Positions 27,701 through 40,524 of a stretch of 64,000 nt of DNA are shown here, piece after piece. The stretch is from Tubiluchus corallicola (Eukaryota; Animalia; Priapulida). Positions within the stretch are counted from its first letter, which is position 1, and each line of letters opens with the position of its first letter. Made by a program: the position numbers and the translations under genes. The notes under the pieces are model-generated. The model did no database searches and was not told where the DNA came from. It was given only the letters and a program-made list of their open reading frames with translations. The DNA lies in NCBI GenBank assembly GCA_030141605.1, contig JAQGDQ010000776.1:33670-97669 (forward strand), read 5' to 3'.

Positions 27701-28634
27701 GAGTATGGTAGTCACCATTCCTAGTGCAGGCCTACTAACAACATTAACACGAAATAACATTTAATTTGAACTAGATCAAGTTAGTAAAATAATTGGTGAG
27801 CTAATTGCATTTTGCTTTTTGTTCCCAGGAAGCTAACCGTCGCTGTTCGGACAGGGCGTTTTCTCACGTCTATGTGTCTATCTGTGTGCTTATCCTACAA
27901 TAAAATCAGAATGGATGAAGCCATTATCGCAAACTAGGTTATTGCTAAGAACAGCGATAGGATGGGGAAGGCTCGGAAAGCAAAACCCCGTTGTCTTTTG
28001 GTTCATAAGTCAGTAGATAAGGTGAGAAGATAAAAATGTCAAAAGTAAAATGGACGAATCTATAATAACCAAACTAGGGATAGTGAGTTAGTGATAGATC
28101 TGGCCGGTGCCTTTATTGAGCGCCATCTATAGTTATTTCTAAGTCGAAATTAACCGCGATGTATTCATCTACACTTTCTTCTAAGGCGTCTGTGAAGGAA
28201 ACTGTCATAGTTAATGGGATTTTATTATTATTAACTTAATGTCCTCACAGATGGCACTAGCCTCTGTATTTTCACTTTAAGCATTTCAAAGTACTTCAAA
28301 GCTGACGTTGTTGTTTGTATGATATAACTTAAAATAAAGTATACTGCCTACTCTCTACTCTACTCAAGAAACCCAAAAAGCCAAAATATGTACAGCTGCC
28401 GCTTGGAGAAAGTCTCTCCGCACGCCTTGCGTATGAATCGCTGACATTTCTTCAACTTGTGCACAGTTGACAAATGTCGTTTCAAATTCTGAGAACGGTA
28501 GAATCTATGTCGACATAGATAGCATTCGTGAATCATATCATCTCCGCGAGTATATCATGTCTTTCAAGTGTATCCTGGCGAAAATGCCGCAGACATTTTA
28601 AACACTTCCTCAACGTGGGCCTTTCTTTTCCCAT
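24788..28634 (-). CDS. Multi-C2H2 zinc-finger gene (paralog 2), 3 exons; exon 1 has a frameshift
   Basis: Exon 1 28634-28394 reads MGKERPTLRKCLKC..., then a frameshift, then CYLCRHRFYRSQNLKRHLSTVH and a phase-2 donor. Exon 2 27409-26506 opens with LANHVC, completing the split finger, and has CLC..H..H and CTGC..H..C fingers. Exon 3 25171-24788 has CKLCQTSFKRVVELRQHLVDQH and CLCGIPF..LESH. Phases 2 and 0 are compatible. Confidence 0.65.
27815..28135 (+). mobile_element. Possible small non-autonomous Helentron/HINE-like interspersed repeat
   Basis: Short tctatgtgtctatctgtgtg microsatellite near the 5' end, internal aaactagg repeats, and a 3' ggccggtgcc...gagcgccatctatagtt end. Single copy in the window. 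Confidence 0.3.
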
Positions 28635-29834
28635 TTGACAAAATAATTATTCTAACAGGAGAAAACTGTTGCCAACACAGCCAAAAAACTGTATAAGTGA
28701 TACATAACTCGCACTAGACTGAAGTCATTGAAACCATTAGACCGAGATGCTTTGTTACTGTATCTTAGTGTATTGAATGGTATTTGAATTTTACCGAAAG
28801 GTCTACATCAACGTGATTAACGAAAAACGCCACGAAACACAGAGTGGCACATTAGGTCAGTCACCGAATGGTAAACTGTAGCGAAAAATCATCGAATGTA
28901 TAAATACTGAAAGAAAACCGTTCAAAAAATATTGTTTCTTCGAGAATGATTAACGTTAGTTATAAGAATGACTTATCGTTAGTTAGATGGACATAGATCC
29001 CCTACATCTCGGAAACGCGTCGCACTGTATCGCCCCCCCCCCCCCCCCGCCGCAGTTCAGTTTTACTACTCTGTTGTGAGCCGGGTGTTGGCATAACAGC
29101 AAGCATGGAATTTAAGTTTTTGCGAGCGAGTTGGTGTAAAGTTGGTCAGTACTGAACAATAGAGCTGTAGTTCAATTTTCGCTTTTGTAAACACGTGCTA
29201 ACATGCTCTCGAAATATTTTTGCCATTTGAAAATCGTGTTCAGTTGTGACGTCATCGTTAGCTGTGTTCGCCGCCTGTTAATTCAGTTTTTATTTTAATG
29301 TTTAATTATCAAAAACATTTTGCTACTGTTATAGGTTGTAAAATATATAGTTTTTGCCATAGTTCAAAATGGAATAGGACCTGAAAAATCATCCTGCCTT
29401 CCTTTAATTAAAGCAAAACCGGACCCAATTTTAAACTGTAGCTCAAAACAATCTACTCTTTAAAATATTGAAAGGAAACATGCTAAGTGCGACTAAACGG
29501 TAGCTGGTGTTCAAGAGTTCAAGGTCAGGTACGCCTACGTCTACTGTCACATGTCAATTTTGACTATGTATAAAATATATAGGAAAGTAGATTAAACGCG
29601 AATTATGTTTATTTTACTCCGCGCGTTCTATATAAATTCTAGCTTAAATACAAAACGTCTAGGTAACGTTTGAAAGTGTTGCGGCAAAAACACATTTCAT
29701 ACAGTTGTCGGAAATCGAAATGCATAGGTATTAATCCGTGTTAATTATTATATAAAAGAATACATGTACGGATTTTATAAAATGTCTGGATTTTGCACAT
29801 TGCCTTTAACATGCTATTTTTCGAGTCAATGATA

Positions 29835-30075
<241 letters not shown>

Positions 30076-30376
30076 ATCACATTAATCACTTTAATATCAT
30101 CACATTTTCCATCATAAAACTTTATCTAGTTCTCAAGTTGTGATTTGTAATATTATGAAAAATAATGCTGATATTAATAATATAATAATTAATTACAGTT
30201 CGACCAGCTTGTTAATTTGCGAGAGTTGATAATTAACTGGCTGACTGCATTGATTAGAACCTTGGACGGTTCTATATATTAGAAGTATTATAAAAAAAAA
30301 AAATAATGAAAAATAAAATAATAAAATTGTAAATTATAATTTTATTACAAAATACTGGCAAATTTCAGCACAATAC

Positions 30377-30919
30377 CTTTTCTATACAGGCACCGACGAG
30401 ATTAGCAGGGAACATGCTCCTAATTAGATCAAGAAAAGTGTCCGCAACAGTCGAGGGCCTAGAACCTCCTTCCCCCTGGTCACCGTCTGCTGCTCCGTAG
30501 TAACCGGGCTTGATGGCATATACTAAAGCAATCCCAAGAAACACAGCCAAAAAGGTCGTACACATGTAATACACCACTGTCACCCACCCCATGCGTCCAG
30601 AAAGTTTGGCATCCAAGGCTGCTAAACCAGAGATTAAGCTAGATATGATGAGCGGTAGAATCAACGCCTTCAACATGCGCAGAAAGATCTCACCAGGGAA
30701 GCTGAGATACATGATCTGTCTTTTAGTGAGACCTTTGCCATAGAGACCAGCTCCTACTGCTATTCCAACAGCCACTGACACAACAATCAGAATCAGCAGA
30801 ATGTTCTCCTTAGTGAGAAGATTTTTCTTGAACCTTTCCTTTTTTGAGAGCTGTTCCTTCCTTTCAGCAAACGGCAATCCGTCAACGCTCCCGTTCATCT
30901 TATCCTTACTTCTGTCCAT
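30377..30919 (-). CDS. SLC1 (dicarboxylate/amino acid:cation symporter) first coding exon, copy A; no downstream exons found
   Basis: 181 codons covering TM1-TM4a ([31 protein letters not shown]...[17 protein letters not shown]). Phase-0 donor AAG|GTATTG at the same position as in copy B. Confidence 0.8.
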
Positions 30920-31319
30920 CTTTGTCTGCTTTGTGAATTCGTTTCAATTCAATTTATGTGTCCAAAGCACGGAGAAGCGAAAACCTTTCTTTAAGAGCGC
31001 CAACACTAACAATACGACCTCTTGGTGACTTGTGAGTTTTCTACACGGTTCCAAGAAGTCCGTCTCTACATTAATTCAGCATAACGGATGTGAGTGTGAC
31101 TGACTGTACGCTAGTTTTACTGAATGAATATTTCACACTGACGCAAGCGCACCCTCACACGTCGTGTGCGGCCAAGCGATTGATGACACGCGAGTTACGC
31201 ATGTAATTTCCTCACGATTTAACCCGTTGTACAGCACGAGAAGGTGCTTTTAACACCTGTAATTAGTGACCAGACGAACACCTGATTGATCTAATGCCGG
31301 AATTTATTATGATAATTGA

Positions 31320-31720
31320 GGGATTTTTCCTGGACCCAACTCGCGATTTTTCGAAATTTTGACCAAACAGCCTGCGGAAAAAACGTTCTAGCGGCGCCTG
31401 GTGCGACTCTCTTAAGCAGATATTTGGTTCTTTAGAGGAAGAACAGGGCTACACGATGTTGTGGGCTATATTAGAGGACACGTCCACGAAGAGGAGTGCC
31501 GACGAGTTAATTAGATGTTCTATTTTTGACAATTTTCGCTTGGAAAACTGCTGACGCAAAGCCATTGTTCTGACGTCATCCATTATACTCTGCTTATAAC
31601 TTTAATTCAGTAAAAACTGCTACTGGCTTTGCGTTATAAGTGAGGACTGTGTAGGATGTTTACGTATTATTGATTATAAGTGTATTTATACGCAATTTTT
31701 TTTGCGGGAGCCTTTGCTAG
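31320..31720 (+). mobile_element. Non-autonomous Helitron, 3' half
   Basis: Similar to 52880-53288 and ends with a cgca...tgcg hairpin and ...cctttgCTAG|T. Confidence 0.7.
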
Positions 31721-32930
31721 TGAGCATTAAAATGTGTAACATTCTAGTAACACTTGTTACAGTTGTTTGTCTTCACAGCAGGTAGGTAACCTTGTAACCC
31801 ACTGCTTACGTAAAGCTTAAAAAGTTCGTCTTGAATTTTTCCAAGCAGTAACATACTACCTTTTTTCATACAGAACTTGCATCGGCAGTAACAGCGTATA
31901 AAACATGTAGATTGTGACTTTAAAGATGACCGTTAGACGCAGAAATTTTGATGACAAGTCATTTGAAGCAAGTTTTGATAACGTTGAGTAAAGTTTGAAA
32001 AATAATCAGAGCATTCGTAGCTTACACGTTATTAACTAAGTGAAATTTTAAATTGCTGTATCTCGTGAATAAGATTAAAATACGTTTTCTGGTTAGTGCG
32101 TGGCGCACCCTGGTGGGTGAGTCAGCGACATTACCAATTGTACGAACATTTTAAATTATCATTTCCTGTCTTTCCTGCAGGTAAGCGAAATGCCAACTAA
32201 TATAGATTTGCATAGAAAGTTTTTTGGGAAATAGTTTAACATTTCCATTTCTTCCCCTAATTTACGTTTGTGTAATGACGTCATGTAATCTCGTCATCGG
32301 AACAATATTGTTGGAATTTAAAATGAAAACAAACAAAAATTCCTTTCAACGCGAGTACGATATACGCATTAAATTGCTATAAAGTAGTATAATTTTGAAG
32401 GCGAATTTTCTGAAACCTACTTCAGTTGCCCCTTTTCTTGTCCTTTAAGATAATTGTTTCCCCTGGTTGTTGTGATCTTTGCCAGAATATGATATATAAG
32501 ATACTATTTTATGTTTTCTTTGTAGTTTTCTTCACATAAGAACTTCTTTCAAGAATTTAATATACATATACAACAAAGTTGATGCTAACCCTTTAGAAAC
32601 CCTGCAGGGGGACAACATAACAAGTGAATTTTTAAAATGAAAATTTATTAAGTAAAGCTCTTGTTAAAGGGATGTGAAAGGGTTAAAAGGATAATACAAT
32701 ATAAATTTTGCTCACGCAAACATATGTATATATATTTTTGTATCCATATATGTATGAATCAGGCAAAATTTATCCTGGCAAAAGTCACTGTTCCTATATA
32801 TTTGTAAGTAAACAAAGCAGTTATTTGCTACTAAAATTGCGTCTCTCTCTTACAAGACGATCTTGTTTTAAAAAGATGTCTTGTGATTTTCTGGTACCTT
32901 TTAGTATTCACTGAGTTTTGTGCTTTTGTT
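31721..32930. repeat. Segment duplicated at ~53289-54450; includes the putative promoter and non-coding exon of the LRR gene
   Basis: Colinear near-identity from directly after the Helitron CTAG to tattcactgagtttt.gtgctttt. Includes TGAGTCA at 32118, a consensus donor CAG|GTAAGC at 32180 and TGACGTCA at 32276. Confidence 0.8.
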
Positions 32931-33530
32931 TGGATGCCCACACAATGGCAGCCAATGGCTAGAAGGCTACTACGCAAACAAAAATGTTTCTGGTAAACAG
33001 CTAATGTTTATATTATGCTCGAAACAGGCACTTTGCATAAACAAACCTAATTTCAAAGTATTAACTTTTAAACACTGCGATATGTTAGTCAACATTCTAC
33101 ACAAAATAATGCAACGTATGCAAGTTTAAGACTATCAACACCAGTGACTCAGGAAAGGCAGTTTCAATTTAAAAGAAGGATACAGAACATTTTACCATCA
33201 TTTGGAGAAATATTTAAAAGCAGCTCAGTACTGGCAGCATTCTTCGTTACTTTGTGGTAAAATTTGGATGAAAGTTTATTGCCTTATTACTAAAGATTCT
33301 ATATCAAGTTTTGCTAATTCTGAATTACTATTAGAACTATTATTGCTCGGTCTTAGTTACTTACAACAAACTAGACAATTCTTAGTGATCTATAAATCTG
33401 CTTTTATTTTACACGACAAAACTGAAACTGTGAATTAATCTGAGCTTGGTTCAAGTTGAGAAACGTGGCTAGACCATTTCAGAAGAGACAACTTTTATTT
33501 TCATTGCTGTTCCAATTATTTGTGCCACAG

Positions 33531-34721
33531 ATGAAGTCGCCAATCAAAGTTGGATTTTATCTGATGTCTCTGATCACGGTGTGTAGTGGATGGAGCGCAT
33601 GTGATGATCCGTCTTGGCAGTGCAGATGTGATTATTGGGAAGTTTTGGACTGCTTTTGGGGAAATTTATCCCTAACAGACGTACAGAATATTTCAAATAC
33701 ATTACCAAAAGATATCGACCAGCTCACGATTTACAACTATTCAAACAGTGAATTTCCAGACAAATTTTTGGCAGGAGAAAAGATGAACACTTTGCACATT
33801 AGTCACTCCAAGCAGCTGAAACGCATCAATGAAACCAGTATAGCAGCTGACATCAGGATATTAGCCTTGCGTGCCCTCAGTGCTTTAGAGACAATTGACT
33901 CAATGGCATTCCAAGCAATTACAAGACTGGAGGCTCTATATATTTTGGACTGCTACCAGCTGACATCGATTACTGGGCACTTGTCTTTTACACAAAGTCC
34001 AAATCTGATTCACATTTACATTGAACGGACATCCATGGAAACACTAAAGGAGCCAAGATTACACAGTAACAGCAGCAATCTAATGATTAATCTAACCTTG
34101 TGGGGTGAATTAAATTTAAATTTTTAACTAACAACTTTCAGCAGAGCATGAAGCCAGTGTGGTCAATTGAATACATTTATGTGTCATACGATTTAATGAA
34201 AACAGTGTCCTTATAATAGGTGAGCAAGTTTGTCTTACGTGATGCTTTAGGTAAAAGTTCTTTCACTATTCTTATAAGTTTTGTACTTTAATCGTTGTTT
34301 TGCTGTTGTTGTTATCATTGTTGCCATTTTTATAGAAAATAATTTCACATGCGACTGTGACATCAGTTGGGTTTTCAACAAACCGTGGAAACTAGTAAGA
34401 GATTTTCAATGCCGACAATCAGAAAATGGAAATTACAAAACAGCTACAAAAGCAGACTTTGACTATTGTTACGGTGCAACAAACCAAACCACTGAACCGT
34501 CTACAACGAGCTCGACCAATGACCCGTGTAGAGTGAGCTCAACCTCTGAGCCGTCTAGTAAGCCATCTACAGAGAGCTCAACCACTGAACCGTCTGCAAT
34601 GAGCTCAATCATTACAACATCAGCTAGCTCTTCAAGTGAGCTGTATGGCACACAATGTAAACTGACTGAAGTCTTTGCATTAGTATTCTTAGTTTTGGCA
34701 AGTCACCTTTTTTACCTGTAA
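33531..34721 (+). CDS. Secreted leucine-rich-repeat protein with LRRNT, LRRs, LRRCT, S/T-rich stalk and a probable GPI signal (319 aa)
   Basis: Acceptor directly before ATG 33531. Exons 33531-34104 and 34336-34721 join in phase 1 (LTLW-E-NNFTCDCDISW). Features: signal peptide, CDDPSWQCRC...LDC cap, about 5 divergent LRRs, LRRCT, TTEPS repeats and a terminal hydrophobic LTEVFALVFLVLASHLFYL* with no cytoplasmic tail. Confidence 0.82.
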
Positions 34722-35904
34722 AAATGCCACCAATACAGCTATTCTCAGTAAAAAGACATTAGCACCGCCATAGTCATTCAGCAAAAGCGCTGCGTGGTTA
34801 AAAAATAGTCACGTTAGAAAGTGATAGTTACGATAAGATATGAATCAATATCATAAATTTAAAGTAATAATTTAGCCTCATCATAACATAGTGAAAGATT
34901 CATCCCAGACTGTAAAACTTCTGACAGTCTTTCCTGCATGTGATTTATTCCTTTTTAAACAAACAAAGTGGTTCATTTTGAAAGGGGGGATTTCTGTGTT
35001 AAAAAAGTCATGAAGTTGAAAAAGGAAGTTAATTTTTGAAAGTCAACAAAATCCAAACTACCAAAAAACTGAGGGAAACCATCATAATTGTTATTAGTGT
35101 TCTTTTATGCACTGACCAGTGGCCAAGTATAAGTGCCAGTAACTATATTGCTAAGTGTGTTGCTATAGATAAGAATAGGTAGAAAAACAATTACACTAGT
35201 CAGAGATGTAAGTCTTTGCGAAGCAATAAGATGGATCATGTCAGAGTTTAGAAAACGAAAAAGTTGAAGTTATGCTAAACTATTCAGGTTGGTGATTGTG
35301 TGTAAAGCAGATAGACGACCATTTTATACTATTAACATAATAATATGCCATAATAATATAACATGATATACACATTCATTATGTGTGCACAATAGCCAGC
35401 ATTGCTGTTAGAGGTTGCATTTGTCAGCAGTAATATTATATTGCCAATAAAATATAACTGAGAGAATGGTTTGTGTCAGCATTTTCCTCTCCAGATTTCT
35501 CAATTTTTGTCAGGATAAATTATTGTTACAATAAAATTAATATTTTATAATGTAAATATAGATTTTGTTTTTTAATCTAACGAGGAGAGTTTGCACAGAC
35601 TGTGTTTGTTTAGAAGTAAATATTTGCTTATATCTTAAAAGCAGTCAACTAGTAGACGTGTTTTAGCCACGAGCATGCAGATGCATATTACACTTAGCTA
35701 ATCTAAGTTTTATTAACGTGACTCTCAATCTTTCAATCAATTAATCAATTTATTTCATTCCAGCAATACATATACAATACATCAACATACAAGTTTATTG
35801 AAAAAAAAAGAAACAGTATAGGTAAAAAAACGTTGATGAAGTCAAATTAACCGAATAAGAGAGTTGCTGTATGACACCTTGAAAGCTTGGCTTGTTAAGG
35901 TGGC

Positions 35905-36460
35905 AGAAATGAGTGAATGAAAGAATGGTTAGGGTCAGTAGACATGATGGAATGGAAAAAATAGTAAGATCAGGGCTAGGAAGAAGGAAGGGAGGGGAGG
36001 ATCAGTGAATGAAAGAATGGCTAGGATCAGAAGATACGATGGAATGGGAAAAATAGTAAGATTAGAGATAGGAAGAAGGAAGGGAGGGAAGGATGAGCGA
36101 ATGAAAGAATGGCTAGGGTTATTAGACATGATGGAATGGAAAAAATAGTAAGATTAGAGATAGGAAGAAGGAAGGGAGGGGAGGATGAGTGAATGAAAGA
36201 ATGGCTAGGGTCAGAAGAAATGATGGAATGGAAAAAAATAGTAAGATAAGAGATAGGAAGAAGGAAGGGAGGGACGGATGAGCGAATGAAAGAATGGTTA
36301 GGGTTAGTAACCATGATGAAATGGAAAAAAATAGCAAGATTAGGGATAGGAAGAAGGCAGGGAGGGGAGGATGAGTGAATGAAAGAATGGCTAGGGTTAG
36401 TAGCCACGATGAAATGGAAAAAATAGTAAGATTAGAGATATGACGGAAGGGAGGTGAGGA
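35905..36460. repeat. GA-rich ~92-bp tandem repeat, about 6 copies
   Basis: Unit atgagtgaatgaaagaatggctaggg...tggaatggaaaaaatagtaagattagagataggaagaaggaagggaggg. Confidence 0.9.
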
Positions 36461-36635
36461 AACGACAGCAGTGTACGTTTTAAATTACATAGAGCTATAT
36501 TAAAATAGCATATTATAAATAATCATATACTATTTTCATGCATATAGTAACAACTTGAACATAAAACAAAACTTACATGTATGTTAGTAGTTAAAATCAT
36601 AACAATAAGCTTAGAGAAGGTTAAACTGTTAAAAT

Positions 36636-37322
36636 GTTATGTAAACGAGTTTTATTTTACTGTTATTAAAGCCAGGAACATGATTCTTAGGCATCAAGTA
36701 TAGTTCACTATATATATATTCATATATCACACATGAATACATATAAAGGTTATGCAAATGAGTTTTATTTTGTTGTTATTAAAGCCAGGTATATGATTCT
36801 TAGGTATCCAGTATAACTCACTATATATATATATATTCATATATCACACATGAATACATATCAAAGTTAGGTAAACGAGTTTTATTTTGCTGTTATTAAA
36901 GCCAGATATATGATTCTTAGGTATCCAGTATAGCTCACTATATATATATTCATATATCACACATGAATACATATAAAGGTTATGTAAATGAGTTTAATTT
37001 TGCTGTTATTAAAGCAAGATATATGATTCTTAGGTATCCAGTATAGCTAACTATATATACATATTCATATATCACGCATGAATACATATAAAGGTTATGC
37101 AAATGAGTTTTATTTTGCTGTTATTAAAGCTAGGAATATGATTCTTAGGCATCCTGTATAGGTAACTATATATATGTTCATATATCACACATGAATACAT
37201 ATAAAGGTTACGTAAATGAGTTTTATTTTGCTGTTATTAAAGTCAGGTATATGATTCTTAGGCATCCAGTATAACTCACTATATATATATATATATATAT
37301 ATCACGCATAAATACATATAAA
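36636..37322. repeat. ~113-bp tandem repeat, 6 copies, with an internal (TA)n of variable length
   Basis: Unit gttatgtaaatgagttttattttgctgttattaaagccag...atgattcttagg...catatatcacacatgaatacatataaag. Confidence 0.9.
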
Positions 37323-37538
37323 AAGCTTAAAGACTTGAGTTCACGGTCATTAAACATTTAGACGGTGTTTATCGATCGAGTTCATGAAAATGATAAGTTG
37401 CTTTAACTTTTAAATCGATGAATAACTTAAATAGCAAACGCCTGTAGTGATGATCACGGGTTCAAAAGTTGGCAAGAAAAGAACAATTCTTTGAACGTCT
37501 ACTCCTAAAACACGTGAAATGCAGTATTATTTATTTAA

Positions 37539-37970
37539 CTAGCAAAGGCGTCGCAAAAAATTGCATAAAATCAACTATGCACGAACATTCTACCTAGTGC
37601 TCGTTTATTTAACAAGCCAGTAGCAGTTTTTACTGAATTAAAGTTATAGACAGAGTATAATGGATGACGTCACAACAATGGCTTTGCCTCACCAGTTTTC
37701 AAAGCGAAAATCTCCGGAAACGGAATCTCCAATCAACTCGTCACAGCTCCTCACAGTGGAGATTTCCTAAAATGCTGCTCACAACATCGTATAGCCCTGT
37801 TCTTCCTCTTTCTAAAGAGCTATATATCTCCTTCCGAGAGTCACACCAAGCGCCGCTAGAACGGTGTTTTCTACAGGCTGTTTGGCCAAATTTCGAAAAA
37901 ATCGGGAGTTGAGTTACGGGAAAACGCCCATTACAGGATGTCGTGGTCATCCCGCGGATTCTAAACATAC
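37539..37970 (-). mobile_element. Non-autonomous Helitron, 3' part, reverse orientation
   Basis: Starts aCTAGcaaaggcgtcgcaaaaaattgc, the reverse complement of the family 3' end, and matches the reverse complement of ~52840-53288. Confidence 0.7.
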
Positions 37971-38499
37971 CACTTAAATTAATATAAACGATAAATATAT
38001 CATACCCACTTCATAGCAAAAATGGATGCACATTGTAGCTGTCATTGGTGTCAGTTTCATTACAGTACAATTCGGAAATTCCTGGACGAGTTTGAAGCAG
38101 CCGGATTGAAATCGCCCTCCTGGTACAAACACTTGCACAAAAAATAATTATTTATTATGCGTCATCAAAACTATTATTTAAAATGTCAATATTTATAACT
38201 TCCTTCTAATTCTTTTTCTTGTACGTAGCTCGTTCAACTTCACTATCAAAATATGGTCGTCTTAACACCTTCTGGACAGCACCACTTAAAATTCGTCTTA
38301 TAAGACCTGGAACTTTCCTGTTGTTGTATGAGCAGAAACAATAGTAAATGATTACAAATTTGGTACTGTTCTATTGTGCAGAACTTTGGCTATCCAATCT
38401 TGCTATTTGTTTAAACATTTATAAGTGATTTAATTGGATGAAATTGTGAAAAATACGTCCTTTTCAGGCCCCACAATGTAGCCCATCGAGTAGCTTAGT

Positions 38500-38927
38500 C
38501 TGGTGTACACTTGCATGATCGTGTGACTTACATTGTCTGCCGCATCAGTTCGGTAACTTCGGTTGTTTTACATGGACTTTGCTTAATTATGCTTTAGTCT
38601 GTGCGTAGAGTAATTAACTAGCAGGATCTTGCTTGAGAACAAGGTAAAACAAAGCCGTCTGCCGCATCAGTTCAGTGACTTAAGTTGTTTTATGTGGACT
38701 TTACTTAATTATGCATTAGTCTGTGCATAGACTTATTTACTAGCAGTATCTTCAGAGAACAAGAAAAAATAAATTAGGCAAGGTTCTCGCTAGTTGTTAA
38801 AACTGTTAGTGTTAAAATAGCTGGGCTGCGAGGCATTGTCAAGTGTACACAAATGCGTTTTCCGATACACTTAACCTCTGACCTTTCACGATCATCATCA
38901 ATCTCTATAACTGTGAAAATGCTTATT
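38500..38927 (+). mobile_element. MITE family X copy (5' end eroded, internal duplication)
   Basis: Matches 43460-43853 and 54500-54895 and ends aactgtgaaaatgcttatt. Confidence 0.6.
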
Positions 38928-39065
38928 TTTGTTTTTCAGAACACAACTAAAACGTCCGGTCAACGAATGTATCAACTCTAGACAGTGTATTATACAGAAG
39001 ATGCTTGATTCGAATCAATTGATCTCACAAAATTTGCTTTAGCAAAAAATCAGCTTAATGTCAGT

Positions 39066-40454
39066 TCATAAGACACTGGGCTGACGCACAAAATCAGTAT
39101 TTAAAGATGAGAAACGCTCTACGTTTGCATCAGAAATATCTTCTCCTGAAATGTATTTCACAACGTTTACGGGAATCTCTTCAGTGACTTGATCATATAA
39201 TGGAAGCTCGGGAATAGGAGTAGCATCTTCCGTGAAAAGATGATTACGGATCAGATGCTCCACGATCCCAGCACCTACTGCATCACCCCAAACATTCACG
39301 ACAGTGCAAAGTCTGTCCCTGAAATATAATTCCTCATTTCAGATTTACTGGACTTTTAACCATGATAAAGTTAGTGATAACAACGATCATGATAATAATA
39401 ATGATGATAAAAACAACAATGACAACAACATCTGAAGAACTCAGCGTTTTTCACAATAGAATTAAAAGCGGTAAAAAACATACAACCAATCATAATGAAG
39501 AAATGGCAGCTGCAATCATACCAATTACATCAGTATATGATCATACCAATCATACCAACTACTTTACTATGCTAGCCTTTATAGCAGAACGTTTCGTAGC
39601 TATTACTATAAGTTCCTACTATAAAAACTAACAATAACTCGATAGATTAGTGGAACGCTTTATTCCATGCTCTAAAATTGTAAGAATAAAATAATATATA
39701 CTTGGCAACGATAAAGATTTATTGAAATTGCTAAGACTTTTTCATATCTTGACGTACAAAATTAAAGTAGCAAAACGTTTTTATGCTAATCTTGTAGGCC
39801 TAATCGCATTATGAAATAAGAAAAAATAATAATAAATAGATAAATAACTTCTAAAACTTTCCTAGCAGGTTCTCACATACTTACACAAGCCAATCTATAG
39901 AGAAGATCAAAGATATGTCTGTCACAGGCAGCTCCACTGCTACAAGAACCATGTACATGGTAACTAAGCCCGCTTCTGGTATACCGGATGTACCGATGCT
40001 AGCAGCTGTTGCTGTTATGCTGAAACATGATTACGCTGAAACGTTTATTGTTTAAATAAAAACAAACAGTACAATAAAGTATATGTCTGTATAATTCTGA
40101 GATACCTTGGTATTTTAAGTAGAATAGATAGATAGATGGATGGATGGATGGATGGATGGATGGATGGATGGATGGATGGATGGATGGATGGATGGATGGA
40201 TGGATGGATGGATGGATGGACGGACGGACGGACGGACGGACGGACGGACGGACGGACAGATGGACGGATGGATAGATAGATAGACAGACAGATAGATAGA
40301 AAGATAGATAGATAAATAGACTGACAGATAGACAGACAAGCACACAGATAGAAAGAGAGAGAAAGAGCAAGAGAAAGAGACAGACAAAGAGAAAAGGACA
40401 GAGAGAATGAGAGACACAGAGACAGAGCCGAATAGAGGTAGGAGAGAGGGAAAG

Positions 40455-40524
<70 letters not shown>

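Noticed and set aside
35935-36407. Hydrophobic repeat ORFs resembling a membrane protein
   Set aside because: Translation of the GA-rich tandem repeat, whose units are not consistently multiples of three.
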